64,000 nucleotides of DNA from Bigelowiella natans CCMP2755 (lineage: Eukaryota > Protista > Cercozoa). Location: assembly GCA_000320545.1 (NCBI GenBank), contig ADNK01000583.1, positions 1 to 64,000 of the forward strand, given 5' to 3'. The translations under genes and the position numbers were made by a program. Below the pieces are notes generated by a model, which made no database searches, was not told where the DNA came from, and saw only the letters and a program-made list of their open reading frames with translations. Shown here piece by piece: positions 11,839 through 25,785 of the stretch (the first letter of the stretch is position 1; every line of letters begins with the position of its first letter).

Positions 11839-13796
11839 GCACTCACATTTTTGCACAACCTGTGTGTGTGTGTGTGTGTGTGCGCACGCGCGCACTTGTG
11901 TATGCGTTTGTTGTGTTCTTCCGCGAAATCACGAGACGAAGACTACGACGACGGGGAATGATGATGATGATGATGATGATGATGATGTTGTTGTTGTCTC
12001 TACCCTTGTAGCACATACACAGCTTCGGAAATGACAACGAGAGGTCCTTTACAGTTTCTCCGGTCGGGATGCTCAGCATGTAGACGCGCATACGCTGGAA
12101 GAAAAATGAGAAATAGCGTTTAGCATGCAGCAATTGTCGCACAGAGATGTTAAGAAAACGCCGGCCCTCTACCTTGCCGCCTTTCGTATAATTATCAAAA
12201 ATAAGTCTGATGTTCTTAGTGTCTTTAAGCGGCTTGACTTTGTACTCTTTAGTTTTCTAAAGAGAGGGAGGAAGAGGAAGAGGTGAATAGGAAGATTGAT
12301 AAGTGCAGTATTGGGCGATGGCGGTCAGAGCGGTTACAGCTGATATGGTGTTGTATAAAGAATTGTAGGCGTTTGTTTGTGAAGGCATAAATGATTCATT
12401 TGGATACGTATGACAACACACCAAGGACTTGATCTCTACATCAAGGCCATGCATCCAATTCGGCCCCAGATTGGAGATGCGGTGAATAATTGGCTGCGGC
12501 GAGAAAATAACAACAACAATAACAACAACAAGTTAATACCATGAACAACAGCAAAATAAGAATAGGCGTAATAATTAATTAGCGTCGTCATAAATGACCT
12601 CGGTGCAATAGCACGCACCTGAAGCGTTTCCTGCCTCTATTTCTAATTATGATGGTAATAATGTGGCAGAAGAGGCCAGATCATCATCGACACGGAAAGA
12701 AGCAGAAGCAGCATCTAAAATTGCTAGGGGCTAATGACTTTTGTAGAAGGTAGCAATTGATAATACCAAATTCATGCACTGGACAGCCCTGTTGTTCATT
12801 CCTAATGGAACAATAACCAATAATAACACCAACAAAGAGATTTTTTATTTAGATCGTCATAGCTTGACTGCAATGGTGAAGAGTACCGAACGCGTGTGGA
12901 ATTGAAGAACACGAAAAAAGAATCTACCGAATGCCTGATTAATAAAGGTATATGGCAAATGAAAAAGAAAGTAGAATAACGCCACAGCCCAGCTCATGGA
13001 CTCTTCTCTCATGATCAGTGGTGCTGCCATAGCCAAGCTCATGGATTCTTCTTCATGATCATGGATTCTATTCTCATGATCATAGATTCTTCTCTCACGA
13101 TCAGTGGTGCTACTACTACTATGCAACAACAGCTAACGAGCAAGCAACCTGTGGAACAGCGTTTTGTCTTTTGGGGGGAAACGAAAGCGAATAACCCGAC
13201 AGAACCTGGTGGGGGTGGTGGCAAACACGGCATCATTGATGCAAGCACGTCGCGATCAAACTTTCACTTTGATCAACAACAGTGCCATCATCATCATCAT
13301 TATCATCATCATCATCATCTGCGTGACCCTTTTCACAACCTCATAAATGTTTTTAGGTTGTGGCAATGCCGCTGTTGCTTGTTATTAGTTAAAGCTTTGT
13401 ACGAGGAGTGAGTGGGGTGAGTCATCATCATCACAAATTACTATCATGACGACAACAACAACAATAACAACGTGCTTACTCATTGTCCATCTCCACGAAA
13501 TGCCTTGGTTCATCGTAGACTTCCACCCACGCCTCTGATGATGCCGGTGGTTTAGGGTCCTTCGCACGTTTGTTCCACGAAAATGTTTCATCCTAACAAC
13601 GACGCATGTGTTTGAGCGAAAATGTGACACAACTTATACGATGATTCCAGACCTTTGCTTCGTGTTGGGCTTTCTCATTTCCTCGTTTTGTGCTGAAAAT
13701 ATATGAGAATTTTCTAGATCCGAGGACATAGCCAATGCCAAAGCTCAACCCCGCAAGTCCAAGTGCGTTGATACTCTTGAGCGATGTTGTTGTCAT
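11485..13796 (-). CDS. Two-domain cupin-fold protein with N-terminal hydrophobic anchor, multi-exon
   Basis: Spliced: MTTTSLKSINALGLAGLSFGIGYVLG...WVEVYDEPRHFVEMDNEFCRVIRFRFPPKDKTLFHRHSVDSFFVFF...EPIIHRISNLGPNWMHGLDVEIK. A second barrel reads LIFDN...MRVYMLSIPTGETV...ITNTGDAEYKVMIAEWH*. Shows cupin motif 1 (HxH) and motif 2 (PxxHxxxNxG). Confidence 0.75.
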
Positions 13797-14388
13797 CGAG
13801 AACAGCTGATCGAATGGGGCCCCGGATGGTATTTCTCCTCACCAGCACCTTTGTTCACTGCGTTCTTCGTGGTCGTAATGGCAGGGTGGTTCTGTGTTTT
13901 GTCAGTTCATTGTTGTTGTTGTTGTTGTTGTTGTTATTGTTATCGTCTTTCTTGTCAGTATTTGTACTGGAACTTTCAGATGATGATTTGTATTAAGAAA
14001 GCTCGGTGTACTAACAAATTTTGCTATGTTTTGCCATGCAAGTTTTGACTTTCGCAATGTCCGTAAAAAGACAACATCCACTATGAAAATCACTTCGGTG
14101 TAACAACATAGCTGGGAAGTCAAGGGCGCGAAAAGATTAACTAACTAACTAACTAGCTCCTCCAGTAAATCTGGAAATTATTCCCCAAATTTCTAAAGTC
14201 ACGCGTCCATTATGAGACACTATAATAAAATGCAGTCAAGGATGATGATGCGACTAGAAACAGCAGCAGCAGCAGCATCAGTACTAGATCCGTACTTGTA
14301 CTTGTAGTAGTACTTGATCACGGGATGTGTTTGTTTAACTTGGATCTTGCTCACTTTCCTACTACTTATTACTACCACAAAGATCATT

Positions 14389-15018
14389 ATGGCTGCCAAT
14401 GCTCCAAGACTCTCCTTCCTATTCTCCCTTGTCGTGAGAATTATCTTTGAGGTCCTACTATGCATCTCTTCCACTCCACCGCAACGGCATTGCATCATCT
14501 ATTTGGAATCACCATCATTTTGTCAACTTAGGCTCTTCGGTGTGTGTTAGGACGGTATGTGAGGACAATCACGGACATTTTTCGGTGTATCTGTCCTCCA
14601 TACAAAGATGTGTGGTTTTATCTTCCCATTATCGCGAAGGCTTCTTCATCATCAGCAGCATCCAAAGTGATTATCAATGAAAACAGGACATACAAAGGTT
14701 GTTGAGCGATCAGCAACTATTCTGACCAACTGTCTGCTCAGATCATAGTTGCTTTAACAATCGACGACGCGCCCAGTATCAACGCTGGATGTTTTAGGTG
14801 GTAATTTCATATGAATAGTAATGAGTAGTGATCATTGTACCAATTGGTCATTTGCAAATCGTTCTTACTTACTAGGAAACTTCTTGATATCCTGAGGAAA
14901 TACCACGTATGGCGAGCGATGTTGCTGCAAATTAAGTTGTTTAAGTTTATGTTCAATGTATTTCTGAGTTTAGAATTGGTGCGGCTTATTTCACCGCCAA
15001 GCGGTTTATAAATGCATA

Positions 15019-15053
<35 letters not shown>

Positions 15054-15605
15054 TATTGTCATTATTTTTGAAGGTGAAAGTGACTTTTTTTATTATTTCG
15101 GGCCACATCACAACCGAAGAGGTATTATTACAAAAAATCACTTCGAGTTAACGACAGAGAGTATAAAGTTAAATGCTTTCGAGCTTTTGCTCTTACACTT
15201 GACTCACACGCCGCCGGAAAATATTTTCAAATCTATTGCAGCATAGAGATTTAATGATTCAGGCTGCTAATGACGGACACTTCTTCGCAAACCATATGGT
15301 ACCTCCTATTACCATTTAGTCAAATCAAAAGGAGGAGGGAGATCGCTTTAACACTCACTATTCAGAAATTCTTCGTCTTCTTATCAATACGTAAGAAATA
15401 TGTCACTTTTAAATATCGAATAGACTATGGACACCCCGAGCATTTGGTTCTCTAGAGATGAATTTAAGGGAAAACTCAAAGAATGTCAGAAGGTGTGTTG
15501 CAGTGCTTGAGAAACAAATAGAGAGGCCGCAGCCAACACGGAAAGTCCGAAATAGGAGGGAAAGGAAGTTGTATCGACAAAATAAAATAGTGAGGAATAG
15601 CAAGC

Positions 15606-15646
<41 letters not shown>

Positions 15647-16690
15647 AATGCCACCACCGTAGTCACACGTGAATAATATGGTGCTGGTGTTTATTATTGT
15701 TATATGTAGGTAGTAGATACATATCAGTTGTCTAATGCTACTCAAAATTTGGATGATGAATGTGGAGGGCTGCTGAGGAAAAGGAGAGGGAAAAGACGGG
15801 AGGACAACATTAACGATATGAAAAAAAGTACGAGGAAAAAGGAAAAAGATGATCCACGATGCAAATTCTTCCGTCCACCAAGTGCGATGCAAAATTTTAC
15901 AATGGCATCTGTTTTGAAAGAACTCAAGTATGTTTCTGGTAAGATAAAAGTTGTGATGATGATTATTACCTATCACCCTTTGAAGGCTTGTGTATTTGTT
16001 GATGGTTTTGTTCATGACGTGGTGTCGATGATTTATCTGTGATCGAAGTTCTGGCAGATGCATATTCAGGAGACCCAGGTGAGATGTTTGTTGGTTGACA
16101 CTATAGCATAGAAGTAGTAATGAATGAGCGAAGTGTTTTCTTCTTTTTCTATTTGTTGATTAATAATTAATTAAGAACCTGCTGGGAGAGTCACAACATC
16201 TCAAAATTGAGAGGTTTCAAGTTTGTATATCATAACTGATTAGCAATTGATGATGCCTCGTTCCATGCATCCTACCTATACGACATGGCTAGGCCAGGAA
16301 GCATACTTTTGGTAACAAGTGACTAGATGTAGTGTCATCTTATATCGTCATCCCGTACAAATTGTGAGGTCTCTTGTCCATAAAGATGCATAGTCCCGAA
16401 ACAAGTAATCATCGAATCCAAACGATAAAGGTGCTAGAGCTGCTCCTACCAAGGATGCTCAAAGCGGTATGTGCATCGACGGGCGTTGCCATGCTCACAA
16501 AGATTTAGAAATTGTTGGTTCGTGATATCTTTATTATTCATTTTAGATATATATGTAATCATGAGATAAAGGTTTCACATGCATCGTATTAAATCGCTAT
16601 AGACCCATGTCCGGTTTTTCTTTTGGTATGTAGGGATTTCAGTTCGCCACCCTAAAATCTTTCCATCCTGCATCTTCCATCACCTCATGA
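14389..16690 (+). CDS. CE4/NodB-type polysaccharide (chitin-like) deacetylase, multi-exon
   Basis: Exons give IIVALTIDDAP, KLLDILRKYHVKVTFFIISG, DGHFFANHMTMD, KFFRPPSA, VLADAYSGDP, RPGSILLMH and VLELLLPRMLKAGFQFATL...*. These are CE4 motifs 1-5 in order. The start codon is uncertain. Confidence 0.88.
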
Positions 16691-16699
16691 TACGACAGA

Positions 16700-17340
16700 T
16701 TTTTGTTAATAAAACAAGGTGCAGTAGTTAGTTAAGTCATGTTGGATTTCGTCGATCATGCTCATTCACAGTGAATCCGATTATGCTCATTCATGAATAC
16801 AGTGCTATCGTTGAAGCACCTCAGCCACCATCTGAATTTTCAGATTGCTTTTGTGCTTAACAAGTGGTTCATTTTGATAGCATGATGGCTCGTCAGCCAT
16901 GATCATAGCTGTGCATTTCAAATTGAAATGCAAAAATCATTGCGAAATCAGGTAGATGCAAAGTGCAATTTGAAGCTACTTGCTGCAAACCAGCATTATG
17001 TTAGCTGCACAACTCGCTCAGAAGCATAACATTGGATGCAGTAGCAATGAAATCTGATTTGATGCGCAATGCAATGTTGCCACCGCTGATGTTGCATTGC
17101 AGCAAAAAAAATTCCGTTTTCAAGCTGGCGTAGCGTTGAGTGGAATTGTTATAGGGATAGGGACATTTATGTCTTTACATTGTGGACAACGTACGTACTC
17201 GGTCACACCACCATTCATCGGCGCATCACGCTCGTCATGAATGTGCACAACATGCACATGGAGCACAAAGCTCACGTACATGTGCGCATGTCGTGCAAGG
17301 GTTCATTGGCTTGCATTGCACACAGCACCGAGCTACGCTC
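16700..17340. other. TGCA/CATG-rich intergenic island 3 (weaker TpA depletion)
   Basis: Composition shifts between the convergent 3' ends of the deacetylase and the membrane-protein gene. Confidence 0.6.
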
Positions 17341-17404
17341 TTCAAAAATCAATGTAGGGTCTAAAGGACAGCAAACAATGAAACTCAATTTGCCAAAACC
17401 ACAA

Positions 17405-17971
17405 TCAATCTGGATTTTCATCCTGAACAAATTCTGGATTTACTTGGGCGTTGTTTCCAAATCCGAGTTTGTTCGATATGGCTCGTTTCACAGTAAATAT
17501 TCGCGCCTTCTTACTCTGATCTTTTGACTGTGCTGTCACAACACTTCCTGCCACATGATCTTTTGTCTCTGCTGTCACAACACTTCCTGCCACAACAGGA
17601 GTTCCGTTGCCGTTTGCCGGTGGAACACTTGCAGCAGACTTCCTTTCAAAACAGTCGCAATTGCAGTCGCAACTGCAGTTGTCCCACCAACAAAAGCAGC
17701 AAGGGCACCGATCCTCGCAATGAATATCCCTTTCGAATTCATCAAAAATCCAGCAGCAGTCGTCGCCACAACAGTCACAATCGCCGCAACAGTCACAATC
17801 GCCGCAATCATTGTCACTATTAATAGATAAGAGGAAAAACCAAAATATGGTCATGACTAAAGAAATGCAGAGGATAGGGACGGCCCATTCTTCGAACACC
17901 CATGGTTGATGCGACAACTCATCCAAATTAACGGTGCCTCCTGATAAATAAGTAGATATATGTATAGTATA

Positions 17972-18008
<37 letters not shown>

Positions 18009-19085
18009 TTACAAAATTTATTAATAGTAGTATAAATGAGGAGAGAGATTTTTCTTAGGAGCGATAATACTGCTAAAATTAAAAAAACATTTCCATATAT
18101 AGCTATGAAGTACTACCAGCCCTAGTATAAGACTTCGGGCGTGCCTCCATAAAATCTGCCACAACAGCGACCATCATGATGTGTGATATGATAATAGTGG
18201 CAGCGGGTGTCCAGTAGTAGTCTTCAGCATCATCACAGCACATCATTCCAGTCGGAATCATGGCGAACGCAAATGGAAGATGGAGGAGTACAGCCAACAA
18301 GAGCGTGATGTAGTGCCCCGCACTTTGCGAGTACCCTGGTGTCCCGTAATCATCGAAGCTGGTAGGTACACTAGCAATGACCACACACATCATTGACCCC
18401 GTTGCGAGAGTGAGGACGAGGGTGCCCACAATTCCAAGTAGCATGAAAAGAGTTCGGCTATCTTCGTCGTCAAATTCGATGCAGAAAGTTGAGATTACTA
18501 CCAACCCTGATAAGGAAAGAAATACAGCAATAGCGATTCCGCTACTTTCTGCACCCGTTTTGGTAAGGTAACTCTCATGGTCTCGTAACAAGCAGGCGTC
18601 TTTTGAGCCCGATCCTTTTAAGAACGTAAATCTATCCTCCGGTATTAACCCGATAAAGTTACAATCCATGCATTCAGTCAGGTTTGTAGCATCCGTGTAA
18701 TAGTCGTAACCGCATCTATTTTGTGTGAAGAGAGAAGGAGAAAAAAGGCAGATCAGGGATATAGAAAATAAATGAAGAACACAAAAAGACATCATATTTG
18801 TAGGTATGAACGAAAGATTCATTGTAGACATGGTGCGCAGACATTTGCGAAAATGATGAGGAATCAGTACGTCTAATCCAGTATCCCAAATTCACTCCTC
18901 TCTTCTAGATTCTTCCTGATGTCATCTCTAAACAGTTGCTGAAACAATTACGCGGGGCAGGTGTGGCCCGTGCCACTGAATCTGTAATAGGATCCCCTTG
19001 GGCACCCAGTGCTATTGGAATAGACGAATTCAATTCCTTCGGTTGAATCGAGAAGAGTAGCCAAGGCAAGGAGGAAGGCAAGCAT
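17405..19085 (-). CDS. Receptor-like membrane protein: signal peptide, Cys-containing ectodomain, about 5 TM helices, Cys/Asp-rich tail
   Basis: Exon 1 reads MLAFLLALATLLDSTEGIEFVYSNSTGCPRGSYY...HTCP. The ORFs 18103-18831 and 17405-17926 join in phase across a (TA)n intron (RAG|GTVNLDELSHQPW). The first ~39 codons of the 242-aa ORF are probably intron. Confidence 0.7.
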
Positions 19086-19403
19086 TAGTGCAACCACCCT
19101 TGCGGGTTTTTACACTTGCTGTTGTAATAAGTAATATGGGTCGTAAGAAGAGGAGGTGGAGGTAGGATGCAGCTAGTAGAAGTAGTAACTGACAAACTGA
19201 TAACTGATGATGATGATATAGTTAAGTTGTCGTACTACTTACTAGGAACTTCTTCAGTCAAGTCGCAACAGTTAGCTGGCTTTTGTTTTCTACACAAAAT
19301 CGCAGCAGATATATTCAGTACTTTTTTTAATCCCATCAAGTTACATTTACGCAACATAAACAATAACAATAACAACATTAGAGCTGGGGGTGCTCCTGGA
19401 AAA

Positions 19404-19991
19404 ATGGGGCCTGGCTCCCCTCTTTGCAAAGAAAGAAATTACAATACGCTGTTCCTCCTTCTTGTTCTCCTCATATTCTCCGCCGAATGGTAGAATTTTT
19501 CCAGATTATGTGAATTCTATAATTCCAAGCTTACAAATGCAGACGTAGCAGCAGCATCATCAATCATATTGGATGATGATAATGATGTCACACGACGTTC
19601 CTTCACTAATCTACCAGGTGGCTATATCGACGGAAACAGAATGTCACATTGCCTCCAAAAAAGGTAATATTTTTAGGAAGGTTCTCTCAAGGTTAAATAG
19701 GTTATTATCATCATCACTCTGATAATTCATCAGAAGATGAGTTCCAAGCCTGATGTGCCGCCACACGAGGAGCTTCTGCTCTTGGAAAAAATGATGCTTG
19801 ATAAGCAGAGAGTACTAAGCCAAACAGCCCAAATATGAAATTTAAATGCAATTATTACTAGTATAATTACTATAATATTATATCATCACGTATTATCAGC
19901 ACTGATGAGACGCACTTGCCGATCATGCTACTACAACTACTACTACTGCTACTGCCACCACCACTACTCACACATCTTCTCGATCATGCGT

Positions 19992-20044
<53 letters not shown>

Positions 20045-20105
20045 ACTGCCACCACCACTACTCGCACATCTTCTCGATCATGCGTCTACTACTCTACTAC
20101 TACTG

Positions 20106-20137
<32 letters not shown>

Positions 20138-20518
20138 GCCACTACCACTACTCGCACTTCTTCTCAACCATCTTGCTGCCTACTAGGAAATAGTCAATCT
20201 ACTGACTGAATTGAACGAAAAGGATGTGAAGGTGGGGGCAACAACGTACTCGTCCTATCCTTTTACTTAATCACAATGAACATATTTGTTCCACTACCAC
20301 TCAGCTAAATTATCTACGTCGAGAGTTGAAAAGACGAGGGCATCTTCTCGGTTCTTACAAATCTGTCCTCAAAAGAGAGCGAGACCTCAAATTAGAGTCA
20401 AAGCATAAAGAGTCAGATCTCACCGAAAGTGTTAAGAATAAGTACAGTGAACAAGAAACCGACAAAAAAGTGGAGCAAGTGGTTCGAATTACCAAGAAAG
20501 GCAATGAGGTAGTAGTAT

Positions 20519-20553
<35 letters not shown>

Positions 20554-20687
20554 TGAACGATGTTATTGATCCATTGCCTAATATCCTCTTACTATTACCT
20601 GTTCTCAAATCATTTCAACTACTAATCACTCTTCCACAAAAAATCATTCATCTTCACCAGCAAATACACACACACACACACACACAC

Positions 20688-20736
<49 letters not shown>

Positions 20737-21649
20737 ATCTTGTAGTGTATCTGAATTAGATTTCTATATTTCTCGATTTTGTCGTGCTATTATGTGATTC
20801 CTATTCAAGGGAAGAAGCGCGTTGATGTCTCATGTATCGTATATTATAATTGCAGGGGGATACAAAAGTGCTCGTGGACTCCGATAAGAACGAGTAGTTC
20901 GTGTTGGAGTGTATGATGTGTGTTATTATTATTACCTGTATGTATTCTCTTTGTATAGTTCATTCGTGCTGCATCAGTCCCACAAAGTAGTAGTAGTAGT
21001 ATGTGTATGTGTTATGATATGTATTCTGTTTGCTAAGTCAGCACTCCTCCAACAAAGTTGTAATATTACGTACTTATCTCCCATATAATGAAGAAGATAT
21101 GCTGCATAGTTGCAAATTATTTGAATACAATCAGAGTGCTGCTTCCATAATATTAATTTATTCGATTAATGCTATTATAGCATTGTTTTTCATTTTTGGA
21201 ATGTGAGTGATTCCTGACGTTTGATCGAGGAGGAGGAGGAGGAGGACTATTGTCGTGTAATTGTATGGTGTTGTAGGTACATCTTATCGAATCCAGGAGA
21301 AAGCTCATCACAAGAGATTGATGAGACTTTGCTGGAGGATATAGGTGAGAGAAGCAGCAGCTATCAAGTTGTTTTATTTGTTCTTGGATGATGGTGGTGT
21401 TACTTTTCTGGAAGAAGAAGAAATGCTACAATTTATAATGTATTTGCCGCTTCTACACTTCCAACAACAATCATTTCCAAGTAATAAGTCACAGACGCCA
21501 TACCATCATCATCGTCGCTCATCAGCCATTATAATATAGCTTTCATATCCTGTTTACAACTACTACTACTACTACTACTACCACTACTCAGGAATTTTAA
21601 TCACTGCATCATCCGTTTGTGGGGCTATTGCATCCGCTCTGGGTAATCA

Positions 21650-21681
<32 letters not shown>

Positions 21682-21944
21682 AATGATGATTGTCATTTTC
21701 TTGCAAACTGAGAAGCACTGAGTTCTGATGTAGCAAGTGGCACCACTGTCGCAGGACATAACCATCATCAGTGATAATTTGTTTTGCTGTTGTTCGATGT
21801 ATCGTAAACGCCCTGTGATAGATAATATTTGTTCTTACAGCATAGTTGTTGTTTGTCCCTTCCATATTCTTTTGTTGTCGGTCGAGCAGGGCAGCCCATT
21901 CTTCTAGGGTATCTGATTGGGGGATCGGTTATTGGACCTGTAAT

Positions 21945-22029
<85 letters not shown>

Positions 22030-22221
22030 TAGTAATAATAATAGTGCTACATACGCAAAATGATAATGGTGTTGAAAATGAGATATATCCTGTATTCATA
22101 ATGATGTTTGCAATTACTCTACTACTACAACTACTACCCACACTATCTGTTAGCGACACTATTTAGGGATACTACGTCTCATCAATACCACCCATTCATA
22201 TCCATCATTCTATCCATTCGT

Positions 22222-22261
<40 letters not shown>

Positions 22262-22292
22262 GACATAAATATGCATATTAATAATATATATA

Positions 22293-22336
<44 letters not shown>

Positions 22337-22623
22337 AATGATACTTACCCCTTTCTCTTTATTATTATGATACTACGAGCACATAATACATACTGATACG
22401 TACTGATACATCACATAATACATACTGATACGTACTGATACATACAACGTTTAGGGCTGTCTGGGTCTGATACAGCAATTCGTTCAAGTGGAAACACTCG
22501 CACAGCTAGGGGCCACATTCCTTCTCTTTGGACTTGGGGTATATATATATTAATATACATATTATATATATATATATATTACTACTAATACTACTAATCC
22601 TACTATTACTACCACTGAATCAT

Positions 22624-22656
<33 letters not shown>

Positions 22657-22996
22657 GCGATGGTGGTGGTGGGGGGGGGGGGGGGGGTGAGGATGATGAC
22701 AGAAAAGAAAATACAAAAATGTTAGGTCATTATTTTCTTTTAATCTGCATGATGATGTGTGTTTGTATGTGTGTGTGTGTGTGTGAGTGTGAGAGTGATG
22801 TGTGTCGTCATCAACCTCGTTCAACCCTTGTTTTTCTTCCTCCTCCTCCTCCTCGCTACTCATGGTATTTTTATAGTTTTTCCTTTTCTTCTAACTCTTT
22901 TTCCCTGTTCTCCCTCGCTACTATTCAATACAACCACAAATACTGCTACTACTACTACTACTACGACGATGGCAATGGCAATGGGACCACGGTGGT

Positions 22997-23031
<35 letters not shown>

Positions 23032-23176
23032 GTGTGAGTTCTCGGTCTCGAATCTTGTGCGTGTACGCCGAGTAGCTATTTTAGGAGGTATACTACAAAT
23101 ACTGGTTGTTATTGGCATTTCATGCCTCGCGGGCACCTCCATTCCAGGTGCTAATACTACTACTATTATTATTAAA

Positions 23177-23209
<33 letters not shown>

Positions 23210-23601
23210 AATGATGATGGTGTATTAGGTATGAGCGTATCCTCAAGCTGTTTCTTGGGATGTGTGCTAGCAATGTCCTCGACGACCATGGTTGTTAAAG
23301 GTGAGGGGAATAGGAGGAGAATGAATAGCAGTACTTAGTACTAACATATGTATGAGGAAGAGGAGAATCAGGAGCACTACTTACTTGCTAACATATGTAT
23401 AATTAATATGTTTGTTATTTGGTGAAATTGTCATCATCATCCTCCTCCTCATCATCATAATTGTTGTCGTAAACCAATATCAGGACTAATGGAGACTAAT
23501 GAGATCAACACTGCCGCGGTTGGTTGTTGGCGGATATTAACAATAATGAAGAAGAAGAAGAAGAAGAAGAAGAAGAAGAAGAAGGAACCTCCCCTTCGAT
23601 A

Positions 23602-23636
<35 letters not shown>

Positions 23637-25527
23637 TCACATTTGGTGGTATCATAAATGTAGTCTTTGTTTTAGTTTGGTAATAAAGCCAGAATGCTCC
23701 TCATCCATTGGTGATTTCTGTTATTGTTGTTGATGATGTTGTTATCGTCATCACTAGGGAAAGATAACTGTGGGAATTCTAGTGATGCAGGACATTTGTT
23801 TGGCAATCATGCTCGCTGTGATGCCGGTATAATAAGAAATAGAAGTAGTGTGATGAACACATCAAGTATAATGATAATATTGATGATGATGATGATGATG
23901 AAGGTTGTGGTGATTCTCGCCCCACTACATACCTACGTACTTACTTACTTTATTGTCACGATCTTATTCGTATGCTATAGAATTGTTAGAATTTGAAGTA
24001 TTATATCTGAGAGTTATTAGTGTTGTATTTCATAGGGTTGAGTATCCTTCATAACCATTTTCTCCTTCTTCTACTCCTTCTTCTACGTCTACTACAACGA
24101 ACTACTACTACTAATATTGCTACTACTACTACTACTACTGCTTATCCCCCTCCTATGAAAGGTGGTGTCAGCTGGGGGCAGCATAGAAAGGATGTTTATG
24201 ATTGTACTCATAAAACTGCTTGTTATGGCGTGTATTATTCTTGTATGTCGCTGGATATGGCCTGTTTGTTTGAGGTACTATTAAAACAAGTAGTAGCAAA
24301 GTACATAAATACTCATCATCATCACCATCTTCTTGCAGTAGCAGCAGTACACATGTTTACCATACCATCATCATTCTTGCTGTCAGTAAGTAGATATTAA
24401 AAGAATAGTCTTACAGCAGCAGCAGCAGCAGCAGCAAAATCGCATTATCTTTCCTCAATCCATGCCCGCTGTCATGTGTCGTACGATCCTGCTTCTCTCC
24501 TCCCCCTTTCAATGAATGATCCAACATATATCTATATTTCTGGTGATGGTGGTGATGATGATGATGCAGGGCTTTACAAGGCTCAAAATCACAAGATCTG
24601 TTTCTACTTGGAGTTGTGACTTTGTGCGTGGTAATGACGATGATGACTGAGAAGGTAGTAGAGGTAGTAATAGTAAGGAGAAGTATACATTGTTAATTTG
24701 CAAGCAAATTAACATGACACGGATAAATGCTATCGTCATCTACAAGGATGATGTAATTTGATTGCTCTGTCTTGAGTAGAATCTAAATTTAGATTATATA
24801 TACTACATAGTCTTCAATATCTTCTGAGTAAGATTAAAGTACAAAGCATGAAGCATATATTAGTAACAGATATATCAGCCTCCTCGTTCTTACATGCAGA
24901 GAACACGCAAAGCTTTATAACTTGCTACCTTTTTCTAGCCTGTATTTTGCGCCATGTTTCCGCTGCTTTATCTTCTTCTTATTCTTTGTTTCTTGTGCTT
25001 TATTGCTCATACTTATTTATCCTATTTTATGGTGTTGCTCTTTAGGTGTTAAATTCTGCTGAGGTTGGTGCCTTCTTGTCGGTGGGTCAATACTATTTAA
25101 TATCAAATCGCAGCACTACCAAATTATGATGATGTTGTCATATTATGATGATATACAGCTCACCACTGCAGCTGGTGTTGTTGTTGTTTTGATCAAAGAC
25201 TACTAATCTCATTGCTATTAGCATGGTGCTGCTAAATGACGACAGCCCTCCTCTTCATACTCTCTTCTTCATCCTCTTCCTTTCTACATATATAGTCTAT
25301 TCTCGATTTTCCTCTCTTCTGATTGCTGGTGCTGTTGTTGGGGTTATGATGTTCCTTTGAATGTTATGATTAGGGTATGCTGATAAATACTGCTCCTAGA
25401 GACTTATCTTCCAAGGTAGTGGTAGTAGTAGTAGTAGTAGTTGTGGTGGTGGAAATGGTAGTAGTAGTAGTCTTGACGGTGTTGGTGCTGCTGAGTTTAT
25501 GATAGCTAACAGTACCACACCATTTAT

Positions 25528-25562
<35 letters not shown>

Positions 25563-25628
25563 TTAATACTATTAATACTATTAATACTTTAACTGCAACT
25601 ACGCCGTTTATGAGTTGTCGTCACTTTA

Positions 25629-25660
<32 letters not shown>

Positions 25661-25753
25661 ATTACTACTACTACTACTATTACTACTACTAGGCCGTGCA
25701 CCTCTTTGAACCTGTACGCGACATATTCGCAGCGTTGTTCTTCTCGTCTATTG

Positions 25754-25785
<32 letters not shown>

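Noticed and set aside
19905-23340. Poly-L/T/H/YI/VC ORFs listed in the track
   Set aside because: These are translations of intronic microsatellites within the KEA gene.
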